From Bacteroidota bacterium (GTDB lineage Bacteria > Bacteroidota > Bacteroidia > UKL13-3), in contig JAIYCU010000020.1 of NCBI GenBank assembly GCA_027487835.1, positions 10,970 to 74,969 on the forward strand: a stretch of DNA of 64,000 bases. The letters run 5' to 3'. Below, piece after piece: positions 1 to 9,961 of this stretch. The notes under the pieces were generated by a model. It was not told the DNA's origin, did not search any database, and worked only from the letters and a program-made list of their open reading frames with translations. The translations under genes were made by a program, and so were the position numbers. Numbering within the stretch: the stretch's first letter is position 1; every line of letters starts with the position of its first letter.

Positions 1-1715
1 TTTATGATCCACTTTCTGGCGAATTAATATGTAATACTGGAGACGTAATTGCAGAAGAAATTGCTTCAAAAATTGAAGAATCTCCAATTGAAACAATTGA
101 AATTCGCTCAGTTTTAACTTGCGAAACTAGATATGGTGTTTGTACAAAATGTTACGGTAGAAGCATGTCTACTGGCAAACAATCAAACATTGGTGATTCA
201 GTTGGTGTAATTGCTGCTCAATCAATTGGTGAGCCAGGAACACAGTTAACTCTTCGTACTTTCCACGTGGGTGGTACCGCTTCTAATATTGCTACAGAAT
301 CTCAAATGATGGCTAAGTTTGGTGGTATTCTTGAGTTTGAAGAAATTCGTACTACTGAATTATTAGGTGAAGGAGAAAGTGAAACTGTTGTAATAGGTCG
401 TCAAGGTGAGGTTAGAATTTTAGATGATAAAACTAGAAATCCGATTGTTACAATCAATATTCCTTATGGTGCACACCTTAAAGTTAAAGATGGTAAGAAA
501 GTAGAAAAAGGTGATTTAATCTTTTCTTGGGATCCATACAATGCGGTAATTATTTCAGAGTTCAATGGTAAAGTTGCATTTGAAAATATTATCGAAAATG
601 TAAACTTCAAGGAAGAAAGTGATGAACAAACTGGTCACAAAGAAAAGGTAATCGTTGAGAGTCGTGATAAAACTAAAATCCCTTCTATCATCATCACTGG
701 TGAAGGCAAGGATAAGGCTATTAAGGAATACAACTTACCGGTAGGCGCCCATATCATTATTGAAGAAGGTCATAAGATTAAGGCAGGTAATATTATTGCA
801 AAGATTCCTCGTGTGGTTGGAAAAACCCGAGATATCACCGGTGGTTTACCACGTGTAACAGAATTATTTGAAGCACGTAATCCATCTAATCCAGCAATTG
901 TAACTGAAATTGATGGTGTAGTAACATTTGGAGGTATTAAACGTGGTAATCGTGAAATAATGATTACTTCAAAAGATGGCGAGCAAAAGAAATACTTAGT
1001 GCCACTTTCTAAGCACATCCTTGTGCAAGAAAATGACTTCGTAAAAGCAGGTTCACCATTATCTGATGGTTCTATTTCACCACAAGATATTTTGCGTATT
1101 GAAGGTCCTTTGGCTGTTCAACGTTATATCTTGAATGGTATCATGGAGGTTTACCGTTTACAAGGGGTAAAAATCAATGATAAGCACGTAGAAACCATTA
1201 TACGTCAAATGATGAAACACATTGAAGTGGTAGATCCAGGTGATACAACTTTCTTAGAAGGAGAGTTTGTAAGTCGTTGGGATTTGAAACAAGCAAATGA
1301 TTGGATTTTTGACAAGAAGGTTGTAATTGAAGCGGGTGATTCTGCTACTGTTAAACCTGGTATGATCATAAGTGTACGTAAATTACGCGACGAAAACTCT
1401 ATGTTGAAACGTAAGGATATGCGTTTAGTAGAAGTTAGAGATGCGCAATCTGCTACAGTTACACAAATTATCATGGGTATTACCAAAGCCAGTTTAGGTA
1501 CACATAGCTTTATGAGTGCTGCTTCTTTCCAAGAAACTACAAAAGTTTTAAATGAAGCTGCTATCTCTGGTAAAGTAGATAGAATGTTAGGATTGAAAGA
1601 AAACGTTATTGTTGGACATTTAATTCCTGCAGGTACTGGTATGAGAGATTACGAAAAACTAATCGTAGGTTCTAAAGAAGAGTATGAAGCATTAATGGCT
1701 TCGAAAGAAGATTAG
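1..1715 (+). CDS. rpoC: DNA-directed RNA polymerase subunit beta', C-terminal part (5' end lies upstream of the window)
   Basis: Frame is open from the window start; translation contains the conserved beta' segment [21 protein letters not shown]; stop codon at 1713-1715. Confidence 0.93.
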   Translation, partial: YDPLSGELICNTGDVIAEEIASKIEESPIETIEIRSVLTCETRYGVCTKCYGRSMSTGKQSNIGDSVGVIAAQSIGEPGTQLTLRTFHVGGTASNIATESQMMAKFGGILEFEEIRTTELLGEGESETVVIGRQGEVRILDDKTRNPIVTINIPYGAHLKVKDGKKVEKGDLIFSWDPYNAVIISEFNGKVAFENIIENVNFKEESDEQTGHKEKVIVESRDKTKIPSIIITGEGKDKAIKEYNLPVGAHIIIEEGHKIKAGNIIAKIPRVVGKTRDITGGLPRVTELFEARNPSNPAIVTEIDGVVTFGGIKRGNREIMITSKDGEQKKYLVPLSKHILVQENDFVKAGSPLSDGSISPQDILRIEGPLAVQRYILNGIMEVYRLQGVKINDKHVETIIRQMMKHIEVVDPGDTTFLEGEFVSRWDLKQANDWIFDKKVVIEAGDSATVKPGMIISVRKLRDENSMLKRKDMRLVEVRDAQSATVTQIIMGITKASLGTHSFMSAASFQETTKVLNEAAISGKVDRMLGLKENVIVGHLIPAGTGMRDYEKLIVGSKEEYEALMASKED

Positions 1716-1737
1716 ATTCCAATGAATTTGTAAGAAT

Positions 1738-1772
1738 TAAGGCCTTCATAGCAATATGAGGGCCTTTTTTTG
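1738..1772 (+). terminator. Rho-independent terminator after rpoC
   Basis: GC-rich hairpin AAGGCCTTCATA-gcaa-TATGAGGGCC followed by T7. Confidence 0.7.
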
Positions 1773-1784
1773 TTAATATTGAGG

Positions 1785-2822
1785 ATGAAATTAACGCAGT
1801 ATTCGCACGCCTCGGGATGTGGTTGTAAAATGGCGCCTGCCGATTTAGAGAAGTTGCTGAAGGATAAGAAAATTGGAAGTTTTGATTCTTTGTTAGTAGG
1901 TAATCAAGCAAATGATGATGCGGCTGTTTGGGATTTAGGGCAAGGTAGTGCTTTGGTTAGCACGGTTGACTTCTTTATGCCTATTGTAGATGATCCATTT
2001 GATTTTGGACGTATTGCTGCAACCAATGCAATTAGTGATGTTTATGCCATGGGTGCTAAACCCATTTTTGCGAATGCAATTTTAGGTTGGCCTATTGATT
2101 TATTGCCTATAGAATTAGCCGCTAAAGTTTTGGAAGGAGCCCAACAAATCTGCGCCAAAGCTGGTATTCCGTTGGCAGGGGGACATAGCATTGATAGCAA
2201 AGAACCTATTTTTGGATTGGCAGTAAATGGATTGGTTCAAACCGAAAAAATAAAAAGAAATAGCACCCCACAAATAGGTGATTATTTATTGCTTACAAAA
2301 CCTATTGGAACAGGCATTATTGGAACTGCCATTAGAAGAGGAATGGAAAAGGAAAATCATGCGCAAATAGCCATAGAAGAAATGTGCAAACTCAATAGTA
2401 TTGGGGCCGACTTAGCAAATATTAAAGGCGTAAATGCTTTAACTGATGTTACTGGCTTTGGCTTGCTTGGTCACCTAATTGAGATGTGCGGAGAACAAGT
2501 AAGTGCAGAATTATATACTGATAGAATACCTCATTTTAATTTTTTACAAACTTATTTAGACCAAAATATTATTCCCGATAACACTTACCGCAATTGGAAT
2601 GCCTGGGATAAAAAAGTAGATGGTACTTTAGATATGAAATGGTTTCAATTGCTAAACGACCCTCAAACTTCTGGCGGACTTTTAATTGCTGTTTCCGAAT
2701 TAGATTATGAGGCTGTTAAGTTAGTTATGTTAGCGCAAGGCCTCGAGGATTTTATTCTGCCAATTGGGAGATTTATAGAAAGAAATTTGACTGCTGTATC
2801 TGTAAAAACATCGGCTTACTAG
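1785..2822 (+). CDS. selD: Selenide, water dikinase (selenophosphate synthetase), Cys-type
   Basis: N-terminal TQYSHASGCGCKMAPADL closely matches the SelD active-site motif, with Cys (not Sec) at the catalytic position; AIR-synthase-like fold motifs downstream. ATG at 1785 preferred over the TTG at 1770 that overlaps the terminator. Confidence 0.88.
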   Translation: MKLTQYSHASGCGCKMAPADLEKLLKDKKIGSFDSLLVGNQANDDAAVWDLGQGSALVSTVDFFMPIVDDPFDFGRIAATNAISDVYAMGAKPIFANAILGWPIDLLPIELAAKVLEGAQQICAKAGIPLAGGHSIDSKEPIFGLAVNGLVQTEKIKRNSTPQIGDYLLLTKPIGTGIIGTAIRRGMEKENHAQIAIEEMCKLNSIGADLANIKGVNALTDVTGFGLLGHLIEMCGEQVSAELYTDRIPHFNFLQTYLDQNIIPDNTYRNWNAWDKKVDGTLDMKWFQLLNDPQTSGGLLIAVSELDYEAVKLVMLAQGLEDFILPIGRFIERNLTAVSVKTSAY

Positions 2823-2897
2823 TTTGATACTTATTTCATAAAATGGGTACTAGCAATTTCATGTTAATTATTGCATTTATTTTTTTAATTTAGTCAT

Positions 2898-4766
2898 ATG
2901 TTTAAGAACCTATCATTCATCGCAGCATTGTTTCTTTATATCGGTTTGAACCAAACACTCTTGGCTCAAACCGAAAACAACAATGGCCTTACGTACACAA
3001 CAATTTCTAGGGTTACGGCAAAAGGTGCAACCGTAAACCTAGCAGATTTACCAATGCTGCCAGATGCAAAAATCATAAGTATTCATCCGCAGGTGGTAAA
3101 CGATCCAGTTAAACTTAAGAAATTGCAGTTAGATGCACAAAGGAAAAATAGGGTTCATCATAAATCTTTGCAAAAAAAGGCTGGTCCTTTAGCGCCTATT
3201 ATTGGTAGAAATTACACAGGTAATGTTACCCAAGGTACGCCAAATGACAATGATATGGCGGTTGGAAATAATGGAATGTTAGTGAGTGTAGTGAATCAAA
3301 ATATGAATGTTTATAATGATACTGGCAGGTATGTAATTGGTAGAACATTAGCCTCATTAGGCGCAGCCATTGGGCCGCTTAACAGAACATTTGATCCGCG
3401 TGCTATTTACGACCCAGAGCAAGACAGGTTTATAGTTGTGTTTTTGCAAGGAAGCACAAGTGAAGATACTAGAATTATTGTTGCCTTTTCAGAAACTAAT
3501 GATCCTTCTAAAACTTGGAATTTGTACGCTGTGCCTGGTAATTTTGTAGGGGATAGCAGTTGGAGTGATTATCCCATAATTTCCTTATCAAAAGATGAAT
3601 TATTTATTACCGTGAACCGCCTTAAAGATAATACTTCTTGGCAAGAAGGTTTTATGGAATCTTATATTTGGCAAATTGATAAAATGGCAGGTTTTTCGGG
3701 TGATTCCATGCCTCAACAAGTGTATCAAAATATTAAGTACAATGGTAAGCCTGTATGGAGCATTTGCCCGGTTAAAGGGGGCTCTAAATTATATGGTCCA
3801 GTTAGTTATTTTTTATCACAGCGTCCCTCTGATTTAAGTAATGATACTTTATTCATTCACGCCATAAGCAATAACTTAAAGTCAGGTGTGGCCAAACTTG
3901 AATTAAAAGTTGCAAAAGCGCCTTTGGACTATGGCTTACAGCCAAATGCAATCATGCCTAATGGCAAAAAGCTACAAACCAATGATGCGCGCGTTTTGAG
4001 TGCCATGTATGAAAATGGTGTTATCTATTATGTGGGTAATACCATTGATTTTAACTTATTTTCTCCAGCAGTTTATTTTGGAAGGGTGCACGAGGCTTGG
4101 ACAAATTCACCACGTATAGAAAGTACAATCATTTCTTCTGATACCTTAGACTTTGGCTATCCAAGTATTGCTTACGTGGGCACTGGACAAAATGGTGACC
4201 ACCGAAGCATGATAACTTTTTCTCATGTTTCACCTACGCAATTTCCGGGTACTTCTGTAGTATATGTGGATAGAGATTTTAAGGTATCTGCGCCTACTTT
4301 TGTAAAACGAGGAGAGGGCAACGTGCGCTTGTTAAACGATAGTGTAGAAAGATGGGGAGATTATACAGGAATTCAAAGAAAGTATAATGAGCTTGGAGTA
4401 GCATGGCTTAATGGCTCTTGGGGCAATGCAAATGGGCAAAATAGAACTTGGATAAGCAGGGTTAGTGCCAATGATCCAAGTTTAGGAACTACAAAATTAG
4501 CTGCATCCATTGAAGCTAAATTATACCCTAATCCAGCAGAAGAGCAAGTGTCTTTTGAGTTTGAAAGTTTACAAAAACAATTACTTACCATCTCTATCTT
4601 GGATATGAAGTCGGGCATTCAAACAGCAGTATCTGTTGAGCAAGCTAAACCTGGTTTAAACAAATTGTTGTTAGATGTGAGCCAAATGAGTAATGGCATT
4701 TATGTAATAATTTTAAGCAATGAAAAGGGTAATATTAGTAGTCATAAGTTTGTGGTGCAGCATTAG
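2898..4766 (+). CDS. Secreted hypothetical protein with T9SS C-terminal sorting domain
   Basis: N-terminal signal peptide (FIAALFLYIGLNQTLLAQ); C-terminal ~80 aa (KLYPNPAEEQVSFEFESL...GIYVIILSN) resembles the Por/T9SS C-terminal sorting domain. Confidence 0.75.
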   Translation: MFKNLSFIAALFLYIGLNQTLLAQTENNNGLTYTTISRVTAKGATVNLADLPMLPDAKIISIHPQVVNDPVKLKKLQLDAQRKNRVHHKSLQKKAGPLAPIIGRNYTGNVTQGTPNDNDMAVGNNGMLVSVVNQNMNVYNDTGRYVIGRTLASLGAAIGPLNRTFDPRAIYDPEQDRFIVVFLQGSTSEDTRIIVAFSETNDPSKTWNLYAVPGNFVGDSSWSDYPIISLSKDELFITVNRLKDNTSWQEGFMESYIWQIDKMAGFSGDSMPQQVYQNIKYNGKPVWSICPVKGGSKLYGPVSYFLSQRPSDLSNDTLFIHAISNNLKSGVAKLELKVAKAPLDYGLQPNAIMPNGKKLQTNDARVLSAMYENGVIYYVGNTIDFNLFSPAVYFGRVHEAWTNSPRIESTIISSDTLDFGYPSIAYVGTGQNGDHRSMITFSHVSPTQFPGTSVVYVDRDFKVSAPTFVKRGEGNVRLLNDSVERWGDYTGIQRKYNELGVAWLNGSWGNANGQNRTWISRVSANDPSLGTTKLAASIEAKLYPNPAEEQVSFEFESLQKQLLTISILDMKSGIQTAVSVEQAKPGLNKLLLDVSQMSNGIYVIILSNEKGNISSHKFVVQH

Positions 4767-4914
4767 TTTATTACTGTCAGCTTGCAGTGCTAGCAAAGAT
4801 GCCACCGCAGAAAAGGAAGCCACTATTCAAAATCCAGTACCTCTTACAGAATTGCAAACAGACAGTTTGAAAAATTATTTAGATAGGGAAAGACTGCGCC
4901 GCAAACAGCCTTAA
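4720..4914 (+). CDS. Possible small lipoprotein (64 aa), doubtful
   Basis: ORF with a lipobox-like LLLSAC signal; overlaps the 3' end of the upstream gene by 46 nt in another frame; could be spurious. Confidence 0.25.
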   Translation: MKRVILVVISLWCSISLLLSACSASKDATAEKEATIQNPVPLTELQTDSLKNYLDRERLRRKQP

Positions 4915-4915
4915 T

Positions 4916-6205
4916 TTAAAGGCTAATATGAATTTGAATCCAATTAAGTATAATTTGGGTAGCACCACGTTTAGATTGAATCCATTGTCTGCTATTTAAA
5001 CTTTTATTTGCCATTATGATGGCTTCCATTTCGTAAAAGTCTATCCACGCTTTTAAAGCTTTCGAATCATTAACGGTTTGCGCTAGGTCTAATGAAACCA
5101 TTTCTTTTGCTTCTGGAAATCTTCCAATTTTTGGGCCAAAACAAATTGGCATGCCAAAGCTTGCCGCTTCTAAAATATTGTGTAATCCATTTTCTTTAAA
5201 GCCACCGCCAATAAAGGCAATATCTGCATATTGGTACAAGTTTGCCAGCCAACCAATCCTATCAATCACTAATACTTTTTTATCGTTATGGGCAGCAGGA
5301 TTTGCTAATAAATCAGTTAACGAAACGGAGTTGGGTTCAAACCGAGTTAAGATTTCATTTATTCGAGAAGCTGTAGTAAAATGAGGGGCAATAATTAGTT
5401 TTCGGTTTGAACCAAAAGGTGCATTGGCTTCTATTAATAATTGTTCTTCGATGGAATAGCTACTGCCTGTTAAGAGCAGGAAGTTATTGTCTTTAAATGC
5501 TTCAATTACTGGTATAGAAATGGCTTGTTCTATGTGCTGGCTTACCCTGTCGAAACGCGTATCGCCGCTTACCATACATTGGGTATATCCAATTGAATTT
5601 AATAAATCTACTGATGTTTGGTTTTGACAAAAAATGAAATTAAAGTATTTTAATAAGTTTCTTTGAAAAGTAGCATTTTTTTTAAAAAAGCGTTGTTTTG
5701 GTCTAAACGATGCTGAAATCAAAATTACTGGGATATCTTGTTTCTTTAGGGCGTCTAGGTATTGATACCATAAATCGTACTTTACAAAAACTGCTATTTT
5801 GGGGTTGAGGCAGGCAATTACTTTTTGTGCTATTGTTTTAGATTCAAATGGGAGGTAGTATACATTTCGGGTAAGGTCATTTTCTTTTCTTGCCAAATAG
5901 CCCGAGGGAGAAAAAAAGGTAACAACTAATTTGTAGTTTGGGTGTTTTTTCTGCAAGGCTTCCATGATAGGTTTGCCTTGTTCAAACTCGCCAAGCGAAC
6001 TAACATGAAACCATATGGAATTTAAGTGGGAGTTAGCTGAATCGGCCTGCATAGCACTAAGTGCGTTTTTCTGTCCATTCCACAGCGCCGCGGCCCTTTG
6101 GTGAAAAGGAGCCAGACACCTTAGCAATAAGAAATAAGCGCGCGTAGATAAAAGGTAAATTAATTGACCGAAGACAAAGGAAATTTTATCTAAATTGAAA
6201 TTCAT
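4916..6205 (-). CDS. waaA: 3-deoxy-D-manno-octulosonic acid (Kdo) transferase
   Basis: N-terminal TM segment then HVSSLGEFEQGKPIMEALQKKHPNYKLVVTFFSPSGY, matching the KdtA/WaaA N-terminal domain; GT30-like C-terminal half. Confidence 0.85.
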   Translation of the reverse strand: MNFNLDKISFVFGQLIYLLSTRAYFLLLRCLAPFHQRAAALWNGQKNALSAMQADSANSHLNSIWFHVSSLGEFEQGKPIMEALQKKHPNYKLVVTFFSPSGYLARKENDLTRNVYYLPFESKTIAQKVIACLNPKIAVFVKYDLWYQYLDALKKQDIPVILISASFRPKQRFFKKNATFQRNLLKYFNFIFCQNQTSVDLLNSIGYTQCMVSGDTRFDRVSQHIEQAISIPVIEAFKDNNFLLLTGSSYSIEEQLLIEANAPFGSNRKLIIAPHFTTASRINEILTRFEPNSVSLTDLLANPAAHNDKKVLVIDRIGWLANLYQYADIAFIGGGFKENGLHNILEAASFGMPICFGPKIGRFPEAKEMVSLDLAQTVNDSKALKAWIDFYEMEAIIMANKSLNSRQWIQSKRGATQIILNWIQIHISL

Positions 6206-6953
6206 TTTGCTCTTTGGTATTCAAATAAATTGGAATGGTCCATCCAAACCTAAAAGAGGTTGTGAAATCTAAGTGACGGGCTTTATCAAATTGTTCGGTA
6301 TCATAATTAAAACCTCTTCTATTGTAGGTGAGTGCTTGTGTAAAATCTAAGCCAATAAAAAGGTTTATATATCTATTTTGACTATGGTACATATACCCAA
6401 TGAATTGGTTAAAAGCAATTCCTGATGAAAATCGGTCGTAGCCCTTTCGGTAGTCTGAATCAATAGGAGGGGCATTCCCTTCTTGTGATTGAAAGTTAAT
6501 GCGATGATTGAGCAATCCTATTCCTCCCAATAAAAGAATGCCAGTATTCATATTAAACTTTTTAACCCCAAATAATCTACCTCCTTTTACAAAGGTTGAA
6601 ATGCCTCTCATATTCACAGAATAGTTGGCAGGAAATCCATCCGTATTAGAAATATAATTGCCGCTTGTAACTAATTGGTTGAGGATAGTCTCTTCTTTAA
6701 TTTTCATCCCAAATAAATAGTTAAACTCATAGGCCAATACCCAATTATTTTTAGATTTTAGCATACCTCCAAAACCAACAGAGCTAAAATTCCCAAAACG
6801 TTCTCCAATCCTGCCCCCAGGAATGTGGTAATTATATAAAAATTGTAAGTCGACTAATTTATTACTAAACAAGTATTTATCCTGAGCATAGCCCGAGAAG
6901 CTTGTGAATATTGAGAGTAAAATAAGAATTGTCTTGAAAATAAAAGTCTTCAT
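6186..6953 (-). CDS. Outer-membrane beta-barrel protein, hypothetical
   Basis: Signal peptide MKTFIFKTILILLSIFTSFSGYAQ; alternating aromatic/Gly-rich beta-strand pattern; C-terminal F; 20-nt overlap with the waaA start suggests co-transcription. Confidence 0.55.
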   Translation of the reverse strand: MKTFIFKTILILLSIFTSFSGYAQDKYLFSNKLVDLQFLYNYHIPGGRIGERFGNFSSVGFGGMLKSKNNWVLAYEFNYLFGMKIKEETILNQLVTSGNYISNTDGFPANYSVNMRGISTFVKGGRLFGVKKFNMNTGILLLGGIGLLNHRINFQSQEGNAPPIDSDYRKGYDRFSSGIAFNQFIGYMYHSQNRYINLFIGLDFTQALTYNRRGFNYDTEQFDKARHLDFTTSFRFGWTIPIYLNTKEQNEFQFR

Positions 6954-7068
6954 GTATAGGCAAATATGGGAATTTCCTGAGCAATTTCGAAAAAAAAGCG
7001 CTTAATGATATTATTCATAAAAGAATATCTAATGATTTTATATTTTCGCTACAATAAATTTAAAGCTT

Positions 7069-8394
7069 ATGAAGATAGTTGTTATTGGAACTGGTTACGT
7101 TGGATTAGTAACTGGAACATGCTTTGCCGAAGTAGGTATTGATGTTATTTGCGTGGATATTGATACCAAGAAAATAGAAAATCTTAAGAATGGCATTATG
7201 CCAATTTATGAGCCCGGGCTAGAAGAAATGGTGCTCAGAAATTATGAGAAAGGCCGTCTTAATTTTTCAAGTAACTTAGGTGAAAGTATCAAAGAAGCAG
7301 ATGTAGCATTTATTGCCGTTGGTACCCCTCCCGGCGAAGATGGTTCTGCAGATTTAAAATATGTAATTGGCGTAGCAAAAGAAATTGGTGCCAATATTGA
7401 TGATTATATAGTTGTCGTTACAAAAAGCACAGTACCTGTTGGTACAGCAGCAAAGGTTCGAAATGCAGTACAAGATGAACTTACTAAGCGCAACCTTGGT
7501 TTAGAATTTGATGTGGCTTCTAACCCAGAATTCTTAAAAGAAGGTGCAGCGATAGAGGATTTCTTAAAACCAGATAGAATTGTGGTAGGCGTAGAAACCA
7601 AAAAGGCTGAAGATGTAATGCGCAGACTTTATAAGCCATTCTTGTTAAATGGTCATCCAATTATTTTTATGGATGTTCCAAGCTCTGAAATGACAAAATA
7701 TGCTGCAAATGCAATGTTAGCAACTAAGATTTCATTTATGAATGATATTGCAAACCTTTGTGAAATTATGGGTGCCGATGTTAACTTGGTTAGAAAAGGG
7801 ATTGGAAGCGATCCTCGTATTGGCAATAGATTTATTTACCCCGGTATTGGTTATGGTGGTTCATGTTTTCCTAAAGATGTTAAAGCATTAATTCGCACAG
7901 CGAGAGAAAATGGACACGAAATGCGAATTTTGCAAGCAGTAGAAGATGTTAATGATGACCAAAAAAGTGTATTGTTCGACAAAATAAGCAAGCACTTTAA
8001 AGGCGACCTTAAAGGTAAAAACTTTGCTATGTGGGGATTATCATTTAAGCCAAAAACAGATGATATGCGTGAGGCTCCATCTTTGGTAATTATAGAAAAG
8101 CTATTAGGAGCTGGTGCCTCGGTAAACGCATACGACCCAGTGGCAATGCATGAAGCTAAAAAAGAATTAGGTGAGCAAATTGAATATAGCAAAGATCCTA
8201 ACGATTCTTTAGTGGATGCTGATGCGCTTCTAATTGTTACAGAATGGCCAGAATTTAGAACGCCAAACTTTAAAGTGATGGGCAAGCTTATGAAAAGTAA
8301 GGTTGTATTTGATGGCAGAAACATCTATGATCTTGAAGAAATGAAAGAACATGGTTTTGATTACTATTGCATAGGAATTAACACCAATAAATAA
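7069..8394 (+). CDS. ugd: UDP-glucose 6-dehydrogenase
   Basis: MKIVVIGTGYVGLVTGTCFAEVG Rossmann N-terminus, catalytic GGSCFPKD motif, 441 aa. Confidence 0.92.
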   Translation: MKIVVIGTGYVGLVTGTCFAEVGIDVICVDIDTKKIENLKNGIMPIYEPGLEEMVLRNYEKGRLNFSSNLGESIKEADVAFIAVGTPPGEDGSADLKYVIGVAKEIGANIDDYIVVVTKSTVPVGTAAKVRNAVQDELTKRNLGLEFDVASNPEFLKEGAAIEDFLKPDRIVVGVETKKAEDVMRRLYKPFLLNGHPIIFMDVPSSEMTKYAANAMLATKISFMNDIANLCEIMGADVNLVRKGIGSDPRIGNRFIYPGIGYGGSCFPKDVKALIRTARENGHEMRILQAVEDVNDDQKSVLFDKISKHFKGDLKGKNFAMWGLSFKPKTDDMREAPSLVIIEKLLGAGASVNAYDPVAMHEAKKELGEQIEYSKDPNDSLVDADALLIVTEWPEFRTPNFKVMGKLMKSKVVFDGRNIYDLEEMKEHGFDYYCIGINTNK

Positions 8395-8400
8395 TTAGTA

Positions 8401-9378
8401 ATGACTAAAAAACGCGTATTAGTTACCGGTGCAGCCGGGTTTTTAGGTTCACACCTATGCGATAGATTTATTGCAGAAGGCTACGATGTAGTAGGCATGG
8501 ATAACTTAATTACGGGTGATTTAAAAAACATTGAACACCTTTTTAAATTAAAGGAGTTTGAATTTTATAATCATGATGTAAGCAAGTTTATACATGTGCC
8601 AGGTAACCTAGATTATATTCTTCACTTTGCCTCACCTGCAAGTCCGATTGATTATTTGAAAATTCCTATCCAAACCCTTAAGGTAGGTTCTTTAGGCATT
8701 CATAATTGTTTAGGATTAGCTAGGGTGAAGAAAGCAAGGGTTTTGATTGCCTCTACTAGTGAAGTTTATGGCGATCCAATGGTGCACCCTCAAACGGAAG
8801 AGTATTGGGGAAATGTTAATCCTGTTGGGCCACGTGGGGTTTATGATGAAGCCAAACGTTTTCAAGAAGCAATGACCATGGCCTATCATACTTATCATGG
8901 AGTAGAAACTAGGATTGTTAGAATATTTAATACCTATGGACCCCGCATGCGTCTAAATGATGGAAGAGTACTTCCTGCATTTATTGGACAAGCATTAAGA
9001 GGCGAAGACTTAACCATGTTTGGCGATGGTAGCCAAACACGCAGTTTCTGCTATGTGGATGATTTAGTAGAAGGTATTTTTAGGTTATTACATAGCAATT
9101 ATGCATCGCCAGTTAATATTGGTAATCCAGATGAAATTACTATAAAGGAATTTGGCGAAGAAATTATCAAGCTAACAGGCACTTCTCAAAAATTGGTTTC
9201 AAAGCCATTGCCAAAAGACGATCCAAAGCAAAGAAAACCGGATATTACCTTGGCCAAAAAGTTATTGGATTGGGAACCTAAAGTAAACAGAGCTGATGGT
9301 CTAAAAATAACTTATGATTATTTTAAGACATTGAGTTCTGAAGAATTGCAAAAAACTGCTTATCATCGCTTCGAATAA
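8401..9378 (+). CDS. UDP-glucuronate decarboxylase (UDP-xylose synthase), SDR family
   Basis: [21 protein letters not shown]-binding motif and YDEAKR catalytic motif typical of UXS/ArnA-like decarboxylases; directly follows ugd. Confidence 0.85.
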   Translation: MTKKRVLVTGAAGFLGSHLCDRFIAEGYDVVGMDNLITGDLKNIEHLFKLKEFEFYNHDVSKFIHVPGNLDYILHFASPASPIDYLKIPIQTLKVGSLGIHNCLGLARVKKARVLIASTSEVYGDPMVHPQTEEYWGNVNPVGPRGVYDEAKRFQEAMTMAYHTYHGVETRIVRIFNTYGPRMRLNDGRVLPAFIGQALRGEDLTMFGDGSQTRSFCYVDDLVEGIFRLLHSNYASPVNIGNPDEITIKEFGEEIIKLTGTSQKLVSKPLPKDDPKQRKPDITLAKKLLDWEPKVNRADGLKITYDYFKTLSSEELQKTAYHRFE

Positions 9379-9397
9379 ATTAACACATAAATAACCA

Positions 9398-9943
9398 ATG
9401 AAAAAACTACTGTTATTAGTTTCAATTATCTCTTTCACATTATTATCTTCTTGCAGCAAAACCGATGATACGCCAACAGATACAGGCAACAACGGCGGAG
9501 GAGGAACGCCAACTACCACTTATTTCTTTAAATGTAAAGTAAATGGAGTAGAAAGAAGCTTTAAGGCTTTTACCCTTGCAAAAGATGATACCATCAATCC
9601 CAATTATATTATTTTGGTTGCATATGCAAATGAAAATAATACCCAGCCGCCATTTTTCACAATTACTATGGCTAATAAGTCGCCAGGTTGGGTAAAAGGA
9701 TTAACTTATAATTTTAATGAAACAGAGCAAAGTAGCACTGCAAATTTTACGGATGAAGGTAATTTCAATTATAAAAGTTTAAATACACCCGGAAATGGTG
9801 GTTTAACGTTAACTTTTACAGATTTTGATGTTAACAAAGGTGGCAAAGTGGGTGGTATATTTTCTGGCAACTTACAACTTGAAGAAAATACAAATACAGT
9901 TATCATAACTGATGGAACTTTTTTAGTTAAAATGTTTAACTAA
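9398..9943 (+). CDS. Hypothetical lipoprotein
   Basis: MKKLLLLVSIISFTLLSSCSK lipoprotein signal; Gly/Thr-rich linker; beta-rich body. Confidence 0.6.
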   Translation: MKKLLLLVSIISFTLLSSCSKTDDTPTDTGNNGGGGTPTTTYFFKCKVNGVERSFKAFTLAKDDTINPNYIILVAYANENNTQPPFFTITMANKSPGWVKGLTYNFNETEQSSTANFTDEGNFNYKSLNTPGNGGLTLTFTDFDVNKGGKVGGIFSGNLQLEENTNTVIITDGTFLVKMFN

Positions 9944-9961
9944 CTTTTTTTTAAAAACTAA

